DNA of 64,000 nt from Octopus bimaculoides (taxonomy: Eukaryota), in the NCBI RefSeq assembly GCF_001194135.2, contig NC_068981.1, positions 108,367,213-108,431,212 of the forward strand, read 5' to 3'. The stretch's first letter is position 1. Every line of letters starts with the position of its first letter. This document shows, in pieces, positions 27,221-40,464 of the stretch. The notes under the pieces were generated by a model. The model saw nothing but the letters and a program-made list of their open reading frames with translations, searched no databases and was not told the origin of the DNA. The position numbers were made by a program, and so were the translations under genes.

Positions 27221-28179
27221 TCTATACTATATATAAAACAGAGATGTGTGTGTAATCGCTTTTCACGTGAAATCGACTTCACTAAATGCTTCCATACTTG
27301 TAATGCATGAATAATTTGACCTCGGATAAATCTTAGGCTCTTCATTTGATTTTTTTAATTAAAAATAAATAATATTGCTTTATATTTAAGATTCACTTCT
27401 TTAAAAAGGTTCCTCAATGTCAACTTCCGGTATTGACGTAACAACCGCAAAAAGCTTCACTCTCTATTTTGTGTGTTCGTGTGTATGAGAGACAGAGAGA
27501 GAGTAAATACTACATACACACCGCTCTCTCACTCTGTCTCACACACATACACACGCACACACAAACTCACTCACACTCACTCTGTCTCTTACAAACACAC
27601 ACATACATAAATGTATACAAACATATTTACAAAGACAGACGTGTGTATGCGCGCGCGCGTGCTCCGGTATTGATGTAACAATCGCAAAAAGCTTCACTCT
27701 CTATTTTGTGTGTTCCTGTGTATGAGAGAGAGAGAGAGAGTAAATACTACATACACACCGCTCTCTCACTCTGTCTCACACACATACACACACCCCTTGA
27801 CTCACTCACACTGCCTCTTACAAACACACACATACATAGATGTATACAAACATATTTACAAAGACACACGCGTGTATGCGCGCGTGTGCGTGGGGGTTCC
27901 ACAATCGCCATTTATTTCAATTACTCTTCTGAGGATATTCACGTAAATCATTTTTTTCATTTAATCCCCATTTTAATTTTCGTAAAAGTTTCCAAGTACC
28001 AATGAGGCTTTTTGGCACATCTTCAATTTTCCCCATTCATGAGAGGCGCCCAGCCATCATTCATCTGAGAGTCCATCTACAGAATGTCCTCAAATTTCTA
28101 TACAGCATATTTTGCCTTTTTTTCTTCAAGTATATAAGCAACAATTTCATTCCCGAGCAACGCCGGGTGCCTCTGCTAG
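27221..28179 (+). mobile_element. Non-autonomous Helitron with internal ~235-bp tandem duplication
   Basis: 5' tctatactatatataaaa; 3' cccgagcaacgccgggtgcctctgCTAG followed by T; duplicated blocks at about 27425-27660 and 27662-27890. Confidence 0.8.
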
Positions 28180-28399
28180 TTTCTTATAAAGAAAACTGAT
28201 TGCCAATACTGCAAATATATCCAATGGCAACTAGTTAAAAATACCAAAACGTGACTTTACAATATTGTTGTATTGCCCCAGCCAATCCTGACTGCGTAAA
28301 CCTCTGACCAATGGCATTCCAACTACAACAATACCATAATTTTTCAGATATAGTGTATCCCCAGACTACATTATCTAACAAGTCTTTTTTCGTTTTTTA

Positions 28400-28630
28400 A
28401 GACAGCGAGCTGGCAGAATCGTTAGCATACCAGGCGAAATGCTTAGCAGTATTTCATCTGCTGTTACGTTCTGAGTTCAAATTCCGCCGAGGTCGACTTT
28501 GCCTTTCATCCTTTCGGGGTCGATAAATTAAGTACCAGTTACACACTGGGGTCGATGTAATCGACTTAATCCCTTTGTCTGTCCTTGTTTGTCCTCTCTA
28601 TGTTTAGCCCCTTGTGGGCAATAAAGAAAC
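28400..28630 (+). mobile_element. tRNA-derived SINE with Nin-like central domain
   Basis: gcgagctggcagaatcgttagc (box A-like), gagttcaaattcc (box B), gtcgactttgcctttcatcctttcggggtcgataaattaagtaccag. The central domain resembles my recollection of the Nin-SINE core. Confidence 0.78.
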
Positions 28631-28767
28631 AAGTCTTTTTTCCAAAGATGGTAGGGTATGGTTTGGGAGAAAATGTCCAGTATTGTTTCTTGCTATTTGT
28701 TTTCTTTTTCTTTCTTTTGAAGTGACTGGATGTTTATTTGTAGAAAACAGGAAAAGCAAGACTCATT

Positions 28768-28975
28768 ATCATCATCATCATCCTTTAATGTCCATTTTCC
28801 ATGCTGGCATGGGTTGGATGGTTTGACAAGAGCTAGCAAACTGGAGAGCAGTACCAGGTTTCAGTCTGATTGGCCTGGTTTTTATGGCTGAATGCCCTTC
28901 CTAATGCCAAACATTTTACAGTGTGTGCTGGATGCTTTTAACATGGCACCACATGAGTGTTTTTATGTGACATAG
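28768..28975 (-). mobile_element. RTE 3'-UTR fragment
   Basis: (CAT)n followed by tccattttccatgctggcatgggttggatgg... Confidence 0.75.
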
Positions 28976-31138
28976 GTACACAACTCTTGCAGGTCAATCC
29001 TCTTCACCAGACAGAGTGGCCTTAACACTTCTGTAGTGAAGGACAGATCTTGAGTACAGCAAAGCATCAGGTATCTCAGTCCCATGAAAAGACAACCATG
29101 TCAGTAGCCAAGATGGAAGTCAATGGCCATATGTGGGCTTCTCAAAATTTTGCACTTGTTGGGGAGATGCATCAAGGTAATGGATTTAGGTGCTAACTGA
29201 TATGGCCTCCTCTTAAGGCATTACCCACAGGTTTAGACCCCAGCATTACCTGGTGGTAGACCTCAATGTAGGATATCAATTGACTCAAGACAGAGACCCA
29301 GAGCAAATGCTTGAAACAGCAAATAGGAGACAGTATTAAACTAGACTTAGGTTTGTCATGAGCCCTAGGACTCATGAGGCTGGAGTGTAACTCAGTTTGC
29401 TTAGCATGGAAGTCACTGAGATTACAACACTTTCTCCTGAATGGGATGCCAGGCAACCACAGGATAACTTTCTGGAATTCATTTACAACTGAGGTGGCCT
29501 AGATCAATGTGAAATGCAATGTTTTGCTCAAGAACACAATGAATCATCCTGTCTGGGAATGAAAACCATGATCTTACAATTATGAGTGCAACACCCTAAC
29601 CACTAGACCACGCACCTTCACATATTAAGTCTGGCACAAAACAAAAAAAAAAAATGAATAAATAAACAGAGCAGAAGCAGGGTCTAGTATGCTTTATCAT
29701 GACACAATAAGAACTTTGCCTTATAGAGCTCAGTCCTTACTGCTCAATTTCATTTGAAAGAACCACCTCCTTGACAGATCACCTTTATCATAGCTGTAGA
29801 AGTTGTTTCTTCTAGGTTGGTTCTCAGTGTAAATGAAATGTTTACAAAATTACTATAAGAATGATAATAAAAATAGTGACTATTTTCGCTGAATTTAGAA
29901 GATATTACATTTGAAAGCTGCAACAGACTATGTCAGAAAATGGATAAAAACAAAATAGTCATACAGGAATCCCTTATATAATTCCATGTTACAGCAAATA
30001 CAAGTGAGATGTGGCCCTCCAACTGGGCTAAGAGACAGTAATTCCAAATAATTGATTTGAACTTTGACATCTCATCCAGCTTATTCTAGTATGAAATGCA
30101 GATATAATGATTCCATATGAGGGTGTCTGTACATACAAATAAGTAAATGAAGACTTTATATTGAATGGAAAAAAGGATAAGACTATAAATTATAAATAAT
30201 GTTGAAGGATAATAATCATCTGGTATAGAAAAGGTAGTGATACAAGCGAGAATTTGTTTTTAAATAAAAAGATCATGCAATGACCACCGCCAAGGTAAAC
30301 CTTCTCAAACAGGTGTAATTAATGTGAATGAGGTAAGATTCATCCAAAAGATTACAGAAAAAAATGTGGTTAGTGAAGGAATTTCCATGAAAATCCAAGG
30401 AAGAAAGTACTGTTTCGTACATGATCTGAAAGTGATGATGTACAGTAAGAATTGAGAAGAGCAGTAAGTACATAGAGTGGGCTTTGAAAAGGATGGTAGG
30501 TACTTTGGTAATTCAGTGGCTTAGTAATCATTATAGTATTTTAGTAGTGAGAATAGCATGCTGGTGAGTTAGTGGTTATAGCAGGCCATACTATTAAAGA
30601 TTGTCTATCAGTCTGGATGTGATCTAGAATCATCATTATTTAAATATCTCCTTTCGATGCTTGCATCGGTTAGAGTTTTCTATAGCTAGGTGCACTTCCA
30701 GTCGCCAATCCCCACCTATTTCCAAGAGAGGTAATAATCTCACAGTCTAACAAACACCAAAGGGCCTAGACACACATGAAGAACTGGAAACAAATAACAG
30801 TGAAATGATCTTTTGTTTACAAAATTCATGCAACATGTCCAATAACATGCACATGCTTTTGTAGCAGACTGCAAGTAAATAACCGTCTAAGTGAAGGCAC
30901 TGTTTACAACCAGTGAGCAAAACACATGTAGATGATGGGAATATGAAATCACTCACATAAACGCATACATATACACAACAGGCTTCTTTCAATTTTCATC
31001 CTTCAAATCCATTTACAAGGCTTTGGACAGCCCGGGGCTATAATAGAAGATACTTGCCAAAGGTGCCTGGCAGCAGACTGAACCTGAAACTTATGGTTAG
31101 GAAGCAAATTTTTAAAACTCCACAGCCATGTCTGCACC

Positions 31139-31183
<45 letters not shown>

Positions 31184-31316
31184 ACACCAACAGATATGTG
31201 AGCAGTGTTTTAATGCACTTGTGCCTTGTATAGACTCAACAACTGTTCATAGCTAAAAGCATTTCTTGTTATGAAGGAAAAGTATTTGCAATACAGTTTT
31301 GGCTACAGTGTATATA

Positions 31317-32194
31317 TAAGGTGGTATCAAAAAGTTCCCAAACTAGTTCTGCTTGCATGTGCAGTGAGAGCTAGCAGTAACCTTCATGAGGCAGTGTGCC
31401 AAGTGACATCGCTGTGTTTACTTCGCGAGTTGTGAAATTTGTGTGTTTGTGATCACATGTATGCTGTAGTCTGTGATTTTGTCATGGACAAGAACAAAGA
31501 TCCAATGTAAAATCTTGCATTAAACTTCAGAAGTCTGCTACAGAGACATTGAGCATACTTCAGCAAGCTTATGGTGATGAGGCAATGGGACATATGCAAT
31601 GTTTCAAGTGGCACAGATGCTTCGAAAGCGAAAGAACATCCCTGGAAGATGATGAGTGATCTGGAAGACCTGCCACAAGTGTCACCCTTGGAAATATGGT
31701 ATAGTGTATTGAGAATTCATTTCTGTCAGACCAGACCATCAAATGAGAGTTATACAGTAACGTTTTGAAATGTTTGAGGGAAAACATTTGGTGAAAACAA
31801 CTGGATCTGTGGAGCATGAAGAACTGGATTCTTCACCAAACTCTCCTCACATGTGAGTTTCTTACCAAAAATATGATATTGCTTCTGCACCCACCCTATT
31901 TGCAACATTTAGCACCTGCGGACTTCCATCTCTTTCCCAAGATGAAAATGCAGCTCAAAGGTTGCTGTTTTAACACCGTTGTCGAGATCCAGAGTGAACC
32001 ACAGAAGGTCCTTGACTCGTTTACAAAAAATTACTTCCAGCCCGGATTCCAAAAGTGGCAGGAACACTGGGACCAGTGTATTGCTGCACAAGGTGACTAT
32101 TTCAAAGGAGATGATTTCAAATAAATTATTATTAGGTAAATAAATTATTCTTTATTATACATAATTAGTCCAGGAACCTTTTGATGTCACCTCA
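31317..32194 (+). mobile_element. Internally deleted mariner (DD34D-type)
   Basis: ORF 31816-32124 reads LLHPPYLQHLAPADFHLFPKMK...WDQCIAAQGDYF; TA-flanked TIRs taaggtggtatcaaaaagttcc / ggaaccttttgatgtcacctca. Confidence 0.85.
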
Positions 32195-35100
32195 TATGTG
32201 GTCACTATGAAAGATAGCAGACTATAAAGCTTATCATTTGTAGAAACTATGGATGTTTTAGTTGTAAAGTGGTCATAGCATTTTAAGTGTATTTTCATAC
32301 ATTGAAGTAAATACCTATAAAAGAAGAAAAGTTTAGAAGTTTGGTTTGAAGAACACAGCTATCCTAATGGGGTGACAATAGAAGTTTCACATTTGGCTAA
32401 TGTGTACAATATGATAGTGAAGTAGATGGGATTATAAAGGAAGGAAGGAAGGAGTGAGTAAGTGATATAGGGTATACAGAAAATGTGATGAAACTTATAA
32501 GGTTATTTTGTAGAGGTAAATCTAATCCAATGACCATTTTAACACTGTAACTGGACCTTTGAGTGCTTTTAGCAACATTCAAGCATTTGAAGTAGGTATC
32601 TGGTCTAAGTGATTTTTTCTTCTAACTAAGCCATAAAAAATATTTAAAAATGGAAATCAGTACTCTTACCATCTTCATTTATTTATTTCTTCTTATCTTT
32701 AGTAAGAGGGAAAGCAGTGCTCATGACACTTTGCAATGCCTAAAAGGCTAGAAGGAAGGAAGGATCCTCACACTGTAAGTGGCCTGAATGCTTGCAACAA
32801 AGTGGTTTCCACTAAAGGAACCCTATGTGTCAGCTGATGGTATTAAACTAAGTTACAGAATAAGTCTACCACACATTGTGGAATGATGTGTAAGGGAGAT
32901 GTAACAAAGTCAAAAGAGAGCTTCTTAGCAAAAGACCAGAAGGTTATTTTTCATTCTTTCTTTGCTTATGCACCAAAATATCTATATACCTTTTTCAGTA
33001 TCATGTTGATATTTCTGGTAGTGATATAAGTCTATCTTTTATAAAATTCTTACACAGAAACCCAGCCCAGGAGAGACTAGAACTTCAACAGCCACAATGT
33101 CGTATCAAGCTTATTTTATTATTTGTTATTTTATAGTCACAGGAGGAGGGACAGCCCTTATCTCAATGTGGCTGATGTCTATCAGGACTTCTGAAGGTTG
33201 TTGTTTATAGGAAAAGAGAATAAGGATGAACTGAGGAAAGTTTTTAGTGACGGGTTTGGTAGTGAAGTACAACATGAATTGTAATGTCTATATGAGAAAG
33301 GTTAGGTGCCTTAAATGAACATGAATGGAAATTGTATGAAATTTAAAAGTTCAAAAGTAGCCTCTAGACAGTTCTGATACAGCAACCCTATGACCAAAGT
33401 ATTCCAACCATCAGTCCATGCCTTCTTTTTATATATTTTTACAGACATTGTTCAATGTATCAGTTTTTCTTCTTAACATTTTGGGGAGAATGGTTCCTAT
33501 TTCTAACAGGCTAAAGACTTCATAAAAGCTCTCTCATTCATTTAACAGGAACAATTGTAAAAGAAAAAAAAAAGAAGCAGAGAGAGAGAATGTATCGCTG
33601 AATGAATCTTTGCCAATCAACTGAATGGGCTGATGTATGCAGCCTAGACTACATTCAATGTTTACAAGTAGCTGCAGCACAACCCCATATATTTGAGCAA
33701 TATTCCGAAGTGAAACAAATGCAACTCTGCTTAAAATTAGCAACTGATCAAAACTAAAATATTTTCTGGATAATCCAAAATGTAAATCACCTATCTAAGG
33801 CAAAGACCTGTAAGACGGTCTTTCTAGCAAACTAATCTTGTTCATTTTAATAATTCTTCAGCAGAGTATGTTTAATACACCACTCGGTTTAACACCACCT
33901 CCTGACCAATATGTATTTTTAATGGATTTCACTCCAGTGCAAACATCTAACGAAGTACTCAGATTGAAGATAAACACACCTGACACTATTTCCCTTTTAT
34001 TGTCAGGGGAAACTGGTGGAAAAGATTTCATTTCAGAACCTTGTCCTGTCACCTGGTACATAATCACATATCCTACTTCAGTTCTAATTCATTGTTAGAG
34101 TACAACATTTTTGAGAGGTCCACCTGACATAGTAGCAAAATACAGAAACATCAAAGTACCAAATAACATTTTTTAATTAGAATATTTTCAACATTAAAAA
34201 TGAAAACTATAGTTTCATGATATAGTTAATCCAGAATTTGAGAAAATTAGTTAACGAAAGGGAAACATGAAACATAGTTGCATAGTATAACAATGTTATG
34301 TAGATTTCCTCCATGTTTGTACACGTTTATTTTTAGCAACATATAAAGATGACACATTGGAATAATAGAATTCTGAAGTGTCAAAGCAGAAGATACAATA
34401 GATGAGTAGTGAGATACAGGTTGGAAATTGTTATTGAGTGGTCCTTGTGTACTTTGAGGTGATTAACAAATTGAAAACTACTACTAACATATTTATGGTC
34501 TTTCAGTTTTACTTCAATAACTGAGAACTGTATATGTAGGATATATAACATCATAGACAAGGGGCTGGAATAAGCTCATGCTTATTTAAATGTCGCCTAT
34601 TATCATATATTTGCAGATTTCTCTGACGTGTAACTACCATTGCGGCTACTTTTTTTTATTATCGATACAAATTTGGTAAATGGAGGAAAAACCCTTCCTC
34701 AATACATCAATAAAGACTTTTACATATTTTATAAAACGACTTAACATCAGAGATCATGTTAGCTACCAAGTGTCGTACATAACCGCGAGAGATGATGAAT
34801 TCGTTGACACTAAAGAGGAAATGGGAGCCGATGAGGAGTGTCAAGACACGTTAAGGACAGGTATGTTAAACAGCTGCAATAAATTACCCCTGAATGAAAA
34901 TGTCCTACTCAGGAACACAATGATACACCGGAAAACCTAAAATACTCAGGCATAAAAATAAAAAAAAGCTGGTAATCCAATATTTCTTTTGCTCATGACT
35001 ACGTCTCTTCTATTAAGTTAAATAGAAATACAAAATTAGTTCATTCCCCCTACACCCACTATGATATACAGCCTTGATGTTACATAGAACTATCATTTCT

Positions 35101-35351
35101 CACGAACTACAGACCGAAATTATATCTCAAATGATAATTATATGTTGTACAATAAATATTCAAACTCAATATTATGGACCCTCCCCTTCACTCAAATGAC
35201 AAAAACCATTTCAATATGGTAGGTTGTTAAATTGATTGATTTTGACACAAATCACAATAAAAATGTGTGATAACATGTATGTTATAGAAATCAATGAATA
35301 TGTCTGATGTTTCTAAAAGCAATCAAGTTGAACAAAAGATTTTAAACCTAC

Positions 35352-37254
35352 CATAGTACTCTCCCTGAGGATTATTCTCCATATCATCTTCCAGCTGTTG
35401 TGTTAAAGCTGCTAGTTTCTTTTCTGCTTCAGATGGACCTTTGCTTGGTCCTGGGGTCACTTGATAAGTTAGATGTGGTGAAACAGATAATTTTGGAAGA
35501 GTCTCTGAAGTCGGTTGAATATATGTTGAATTGGGTTGCGAGAATTGATTAGATACCATGTCCTCATTCGCAACACTTGTTGGTGCATTGGCATATTTCA
35601 AAGGAATTCTTGATGATGTACTACCAGGCATTGGTTCAGTTTTATGAGGACCATGATAAGGTGGAGGAGGTTCCTTAGGGATATCAACGGGTTTACGAGT
35701 TGTCGATATACGCATATCATTTTCTAATTGTTGTGTTAAGGCAGCAAGTTTCTCTTCAGCATCTGAAAGTCCATTTTTTTTCGGAGGTATTGTTTCATAA
35801 TATAATGGCAAATTCATTGATGCGATATTACCTGGTACAGGAGGTCGAGGAATGTTGTGAGCAGTGGTTTGAATAGGTATACCTCCACTGATGTAGGGAC
35901 TTTGATTTTGCGTAGTATTATTTACAGATGTTTGTAAGAACTGAGTAGTATTAGCATAAATTGGCTGTGTTGTGGAATCAGAAGTTATGTCAGTCGAAGG
36001 AGAAGAGACAATAATAGGATGAGTTCGATATTTAAGCTCATTGTAAATATGTGGAGCCGGTTCATTAAATCTGCTGTCAGTTAAAATTGATCGAGAACCG
36101 CCGCCTGTATTGGTATTTTGCACCATCATAGTCTGGTGATTAACATGAGATGAGTAAGTATTCGAATTAAGTATGGTGTCAGGATGGGAACTGAAAGACC
36201 TTTCGTTGTTCGTCATAACAATACTACTTCTAGGACTAGGGTATCGATCATACAAAACTCCTGTTAGGCTGGCTCTTGGACTAGATTGTTTGGAATCTAT
36301 TGAACCAGCACTAACACTAGATTTCGAACTGGCTATACTAGATCGTGGACTACTCATTCGTTGATCGTAAACTACTGACAAAGGTAAAGGTGGAGCTGGT
36401 GGTCCGATGACACTCGTACGTGGACTGCAATTTTTAGAATCAGCACCACCGCCACTACCTAGACTTGAACGGGGACTAGAAAAAGTCGATCCAGATTGTT
36501 GTGACCTGGTGTTAACACTAGTATTAGCAGCATTAGACAAAGACTGGTTAGAATTTATCTGTATGGGTATCATAGTTGGAGTTGAAGTGGATGTCGTCAT
36601 TACAATACCTGGAAGAGGTAAAAGTGAAGGTGAAGCATGTGCAGCGGCTGCCGCAGCCAAGGCTGCAGATGAAGGTGGAGGTGGTGGTGGCGGAATAGTA
36701 CTACTTGGGAAAGAAGAGGAAGTTGCAGAAGAAGAATTTTTTAACCCTACCGTGTCCGAATAGCGAGGAAATATCAAGGACGATGTTGGATCTCCAAGAG
36801 GTGAACTTGTGATAGACGGAGTATGAAAAGGTAATAAGTTACTACCTGGTTGAGGAAATATGGACATTACTGGTTTCATATTAGAAGTTGTTCCTAAATT
36901 TGACTGACCAAGAAGGATCGGAATCGGTGGCTTCGAATCTCCTCGAATGTGCATTAACTGTTGATGTAACTGTTGGTGGTGATGAAGCAAGTTAGAAGGG
37001 TGTTCGATACCGGAGCCGAAACCAGTTGAACTTACAAGTGTTTTTTGACTATATTTCATTTGTGCAGACTGTTTTTGCTGCATGTGTGCCATATATAGGC
37101 TCTGTTTGCATTTAAATTCTTCTCCAGCAGATGTGTCTGATTTTTTGGCTGTCACCTCGCGCCAGTATGTTTGTGGTGTGGGTACTTCAAACATACTTAA
37201 ATCCTCTTTAAACCGATTAATATCTTTGTCTGTATCATCAGAGTATCCATCCAT
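35352..37254 (-). CDS. Ajuba/LIMD1/WTIP-family LIM protein, first coding (pre-LIM) exon
   Basis: Long open, Pro/Ser-rich frame. N-terminus MDGYSDDTDKDINRFKEDLSMFE resembles LIMD1 (MDKYDDLGLEASKFIEDLNMYE). It ends AEKKLAALTQQLEDDMENNPQGEYYG, the family pre-LIM signature, at a phase-1 donor TATG|GTAGGT (35351). An in-frame TAA lies upstream of the ATG and an acceptor tttttag lies at 37298. Confidence 0.9.
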
Positions 37255-38450
37255 GGCACTAACTCGTGATTAGACGTTTATATCTGTTTTTATCGAGCTA
37301 AAAAAAAACAGAATTACGAAATCTATCAAAGTATACTTAACTTTGAAAGAGTAAAGTAATTCACCATGTAGCCAGGTACTCTACAATAATGGCGGGGGTA
37401 ACGTGGCGCAGTGATACCTAGATTTTCTTCTTTCGCACTATTTATAGAGAACCGCAGTGCATTTCCTTCGCAATTCCGACAGATTTTGTTAATGTATTTT
37501 TATGAAACTTATTAAACTTTTATCACCATTTTCTTCGTGCCAATAAAATTAATAGATTGTTCAATTTCGTTACAATAATTATTCCAAGAAAATTTTTAGG
37601 ATACTAAATATTCAGAAGAAGATTGTCAACGAATATAACATGTATTACTACATGTATCAAGAAAAGTTTGTTTTCTTTTTTTAAATGTATTATAATTTCA
37701 AATAAATGTGTTAAATATGTGCTGGAAATGGAAATCAGAGATTCTGAATATCATAAATTTTCCAACTCACTACGTTAAATTATATTTCGCTGAACATTAC
37801 CACCCACACTAACTTAGGTTTGGCTTGTGTACAAACAACATCACGTGTTTACCTTAAGTTGTATAACAACCGTAAGAGACGGCTTTCTCACTCATTCCAA
37901 GAAAAGATTCTACCCACAACCTCCGGAGATGGTTTCCGTACACGAATACTTGCACAAGTTTTAGATTACATTATTGTTGTTTATACGCAACTTAGCCTTG
38001 ACTCACCACACTTATTATCAAAGGCTACGAGTGGGACACTCGTAGCCAGCCCACCTTTTTGTTAGTCTAGAAATACAACTGTCCATTTTTATGGTGATGT
38101 ACTTTGAGAAAGATTTGGATGCTATTTCTAAGAAGTCGAGTGACCACTCACTGTTTCTTATATGTATATAAATAATACACACACACACATATATGAAATA
38201 CCACAAGGTATAGAAAATACGTATTCGCCTTTATATATTTAATCCTTTATAGTGAACACTCAATATTTCATATATTCAATAAGACATATTCCATATATTC
38301 AATAAGACATTCAATACTTCATTTCATTGAACCATCCATCTTTTTTTATATTATATATTATATATTCCATATTCTATATCCCACATAAATTTTACAAGAA
38401 TATAAATAAAAAACATAAAAAACAGACAGAGTTGGAACTCTTTTAAATAA

Positions 38451-38481
<31 letters not shown>

Positions 38482-38630
38482 NNNNNNNNNNNNNNNNNNN
38501 NNNNNNNNNNNNNNNNNNNNNNNNNNNNNNNNNNNNNNNNNNNNNNNNNNNNNNNNNNNNNNNNNNNNNNNNNNNNNNNNNNNNNNNNNNNNNNNNNNNN
38601 NNNNNNNNNNNNNNNNNNNNNNNNNNNNNN
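38482..38630. other. Assembly gap (N)
   Basis: N run inside (TA)n. Confidence 0.99.
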
Positions 38631-38751
38631 TATATATATGTATGTATATATATACATATATATATATATCTTATATATTATATATAATCTATATATGCAA
38701 CATACAGGTATATAATATATATATAAGATATATATATATATATATAACATT

Positions 38752-39150
38752 CTTTTATTTGTTTTAGTCATTTCACTGTGGCCATGCTGGAGCACCACTT
38801 TTAGTCAAATAGACTGACCCCAGGACTTATTGTTTCTAAGTCTAGTACTTATTCTATCGGACTTTGGCCAAACCGGGCACATAAACACATTAACATCGGT
38901 TGTCAAGCGATAGTGGGGGGGGGGGGACAAACACAAATACACATACATACATACACATATATATATATACATATATATATATATAATACACAACAGGCTT
39001 CTTTCAGTTTCCGTCTACTAAATCCACTTACAAGGCTTTGGTCGGCCAAGGCTATAGTAGAAGACACTTGCCCAAAGTGCTATGCAGTGGGATTGAACCC
39101 AGAACTATATGGTTGGTAAGCAAGTTACTTACCTCACAGCCACACCAGTG
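38752..39150 (-). mobile_element. SINE family B copy
   Basis: Reverse complement of the family B head (39000-39150), internal TA/CA tract and tail (38752-38930). Confidence 0.8.
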
Positions 39151-39186
39151 CATATATATATATATATATAATGTAAGATACATATA

Positions 39187-39291
<105 letters not shown>

Positions 39292-39364
39292 TATCTATAT
39301 GTATATATATACATTATATATATAATATATCTATATATATATATCTTATAACGAATATATACAA

Positions 39365-39416
<52 letters not shown>

Positions 39417-39582
39417 TATTTTTTTTTTGTAGTTTCAGCTCAGAGCTTTGGCCATGTTGGAGCACTGCTGTTTTGCTACACTTTTATTACTGGGAGCCTC
39501 CTCTAATATGTGGCATTTGGTGAAGAATGGAGTTTGATGTATTATGTACACATATATCTATATTATGTAGATATATATATAT

Positions 39583-40460
39583 ATTTATTTATGTGTTTCA
39601 GCCAAGTGGCTGCGGTCGTGCTGGAGCACCACCATGACTTTCCCTCCTTATGCTGTGCTCTCTGCATGTTCTTTGCATGGCTCTTCTCCTCCACCTGATG
39701 TAGTCTAATCAAGAGTTTCGATGGCACATCTGGTGTATAAGAGAATTTGACATCACTGCCCTCAACTATGTCCCATTTTGAGCCATCAGTTCGTCTGGTA
39801 ACGTGGATAGGAAAGTGTTGAGTTTAGTTTTGAAGACCTCTATATCCATGTCTTCAAGATCTCTCAATTGTTTTGGCAGGGCATTAAAGAGCCGAGGTCC
39901 TCTGAAACCGAGGCTGTTGCAGTACCTTGTTCTTATGTGAGATGCAGTAGACGATACCCTTGGTATTATGCAGTGGCGACCTGTGCGGGCATGCGTGTAG
40001 TACTTGATGCCAAAGTTTGGTACCAGTCCTTTCAGTATTTTCCATATATAAATTTTTACATATCTCTCCTGCCTGCGCTCCAGGGAGTTGAGACCTAGTG
40101 CCTTCAGTCGCTCCCTGTAGTTCATCTGCTGGACTGTGACAATCTTTTTTGTATAGTGACGCTGAATTGCCTCGGGTTCTGCTGTCCGCTTGACACTGTG
40201 TGGTGACCACAACTGAGAGCAATAGTATAGGTGGCTCAAAACAAATGTCTTCCATAGAGTCAACATGACTTTTTGATCCCTTGTTCTGAATGTCTTCAGT
40301 ATCCACCCTGCCAGTTGTCTGCACTTTGCTGTCAACTTGACAATGTGCATGTGAAATGATGCATCACTATGCATGCGATGCCCAGGTCTCTCACAGTTTG
40401 TGGTTCTGGGATTGCAGTACCTGCAGGTCCTGTGTATGCCAGTTGGGGGGCACTTGTGGC
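39583..40460 (-). mobile_element. CR1/L2-group LINE 3' end
   Basis: ORF 39766-40491 reads ...AGWILKTFRTRD...LYYCSQLWSP...LKALGLNSLERR...FKTKLNTFL; another frame gives YTGPAGTAIPEPQTVRDLGI; short 3' UTR and (TAAA)-like tail. Confidence 0.85.
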
Positions 40461-40464
40461 CTTG

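Noticed and set aside
28406-28480. Functional tRNA gene
   Set aside because: Box A/B-like motifs continue into SINE body sequence with no cloverleaf acceptor stem; the same applies to the heads at 1740-1805 and 47080-47152.
37298-37860. Upstream non-coding exon of the LIM gene
   Set aside because: An acceptor is clear at 37298, but two candidate donors (about 37364 and 37852) cannot be distinguished without transcripts.
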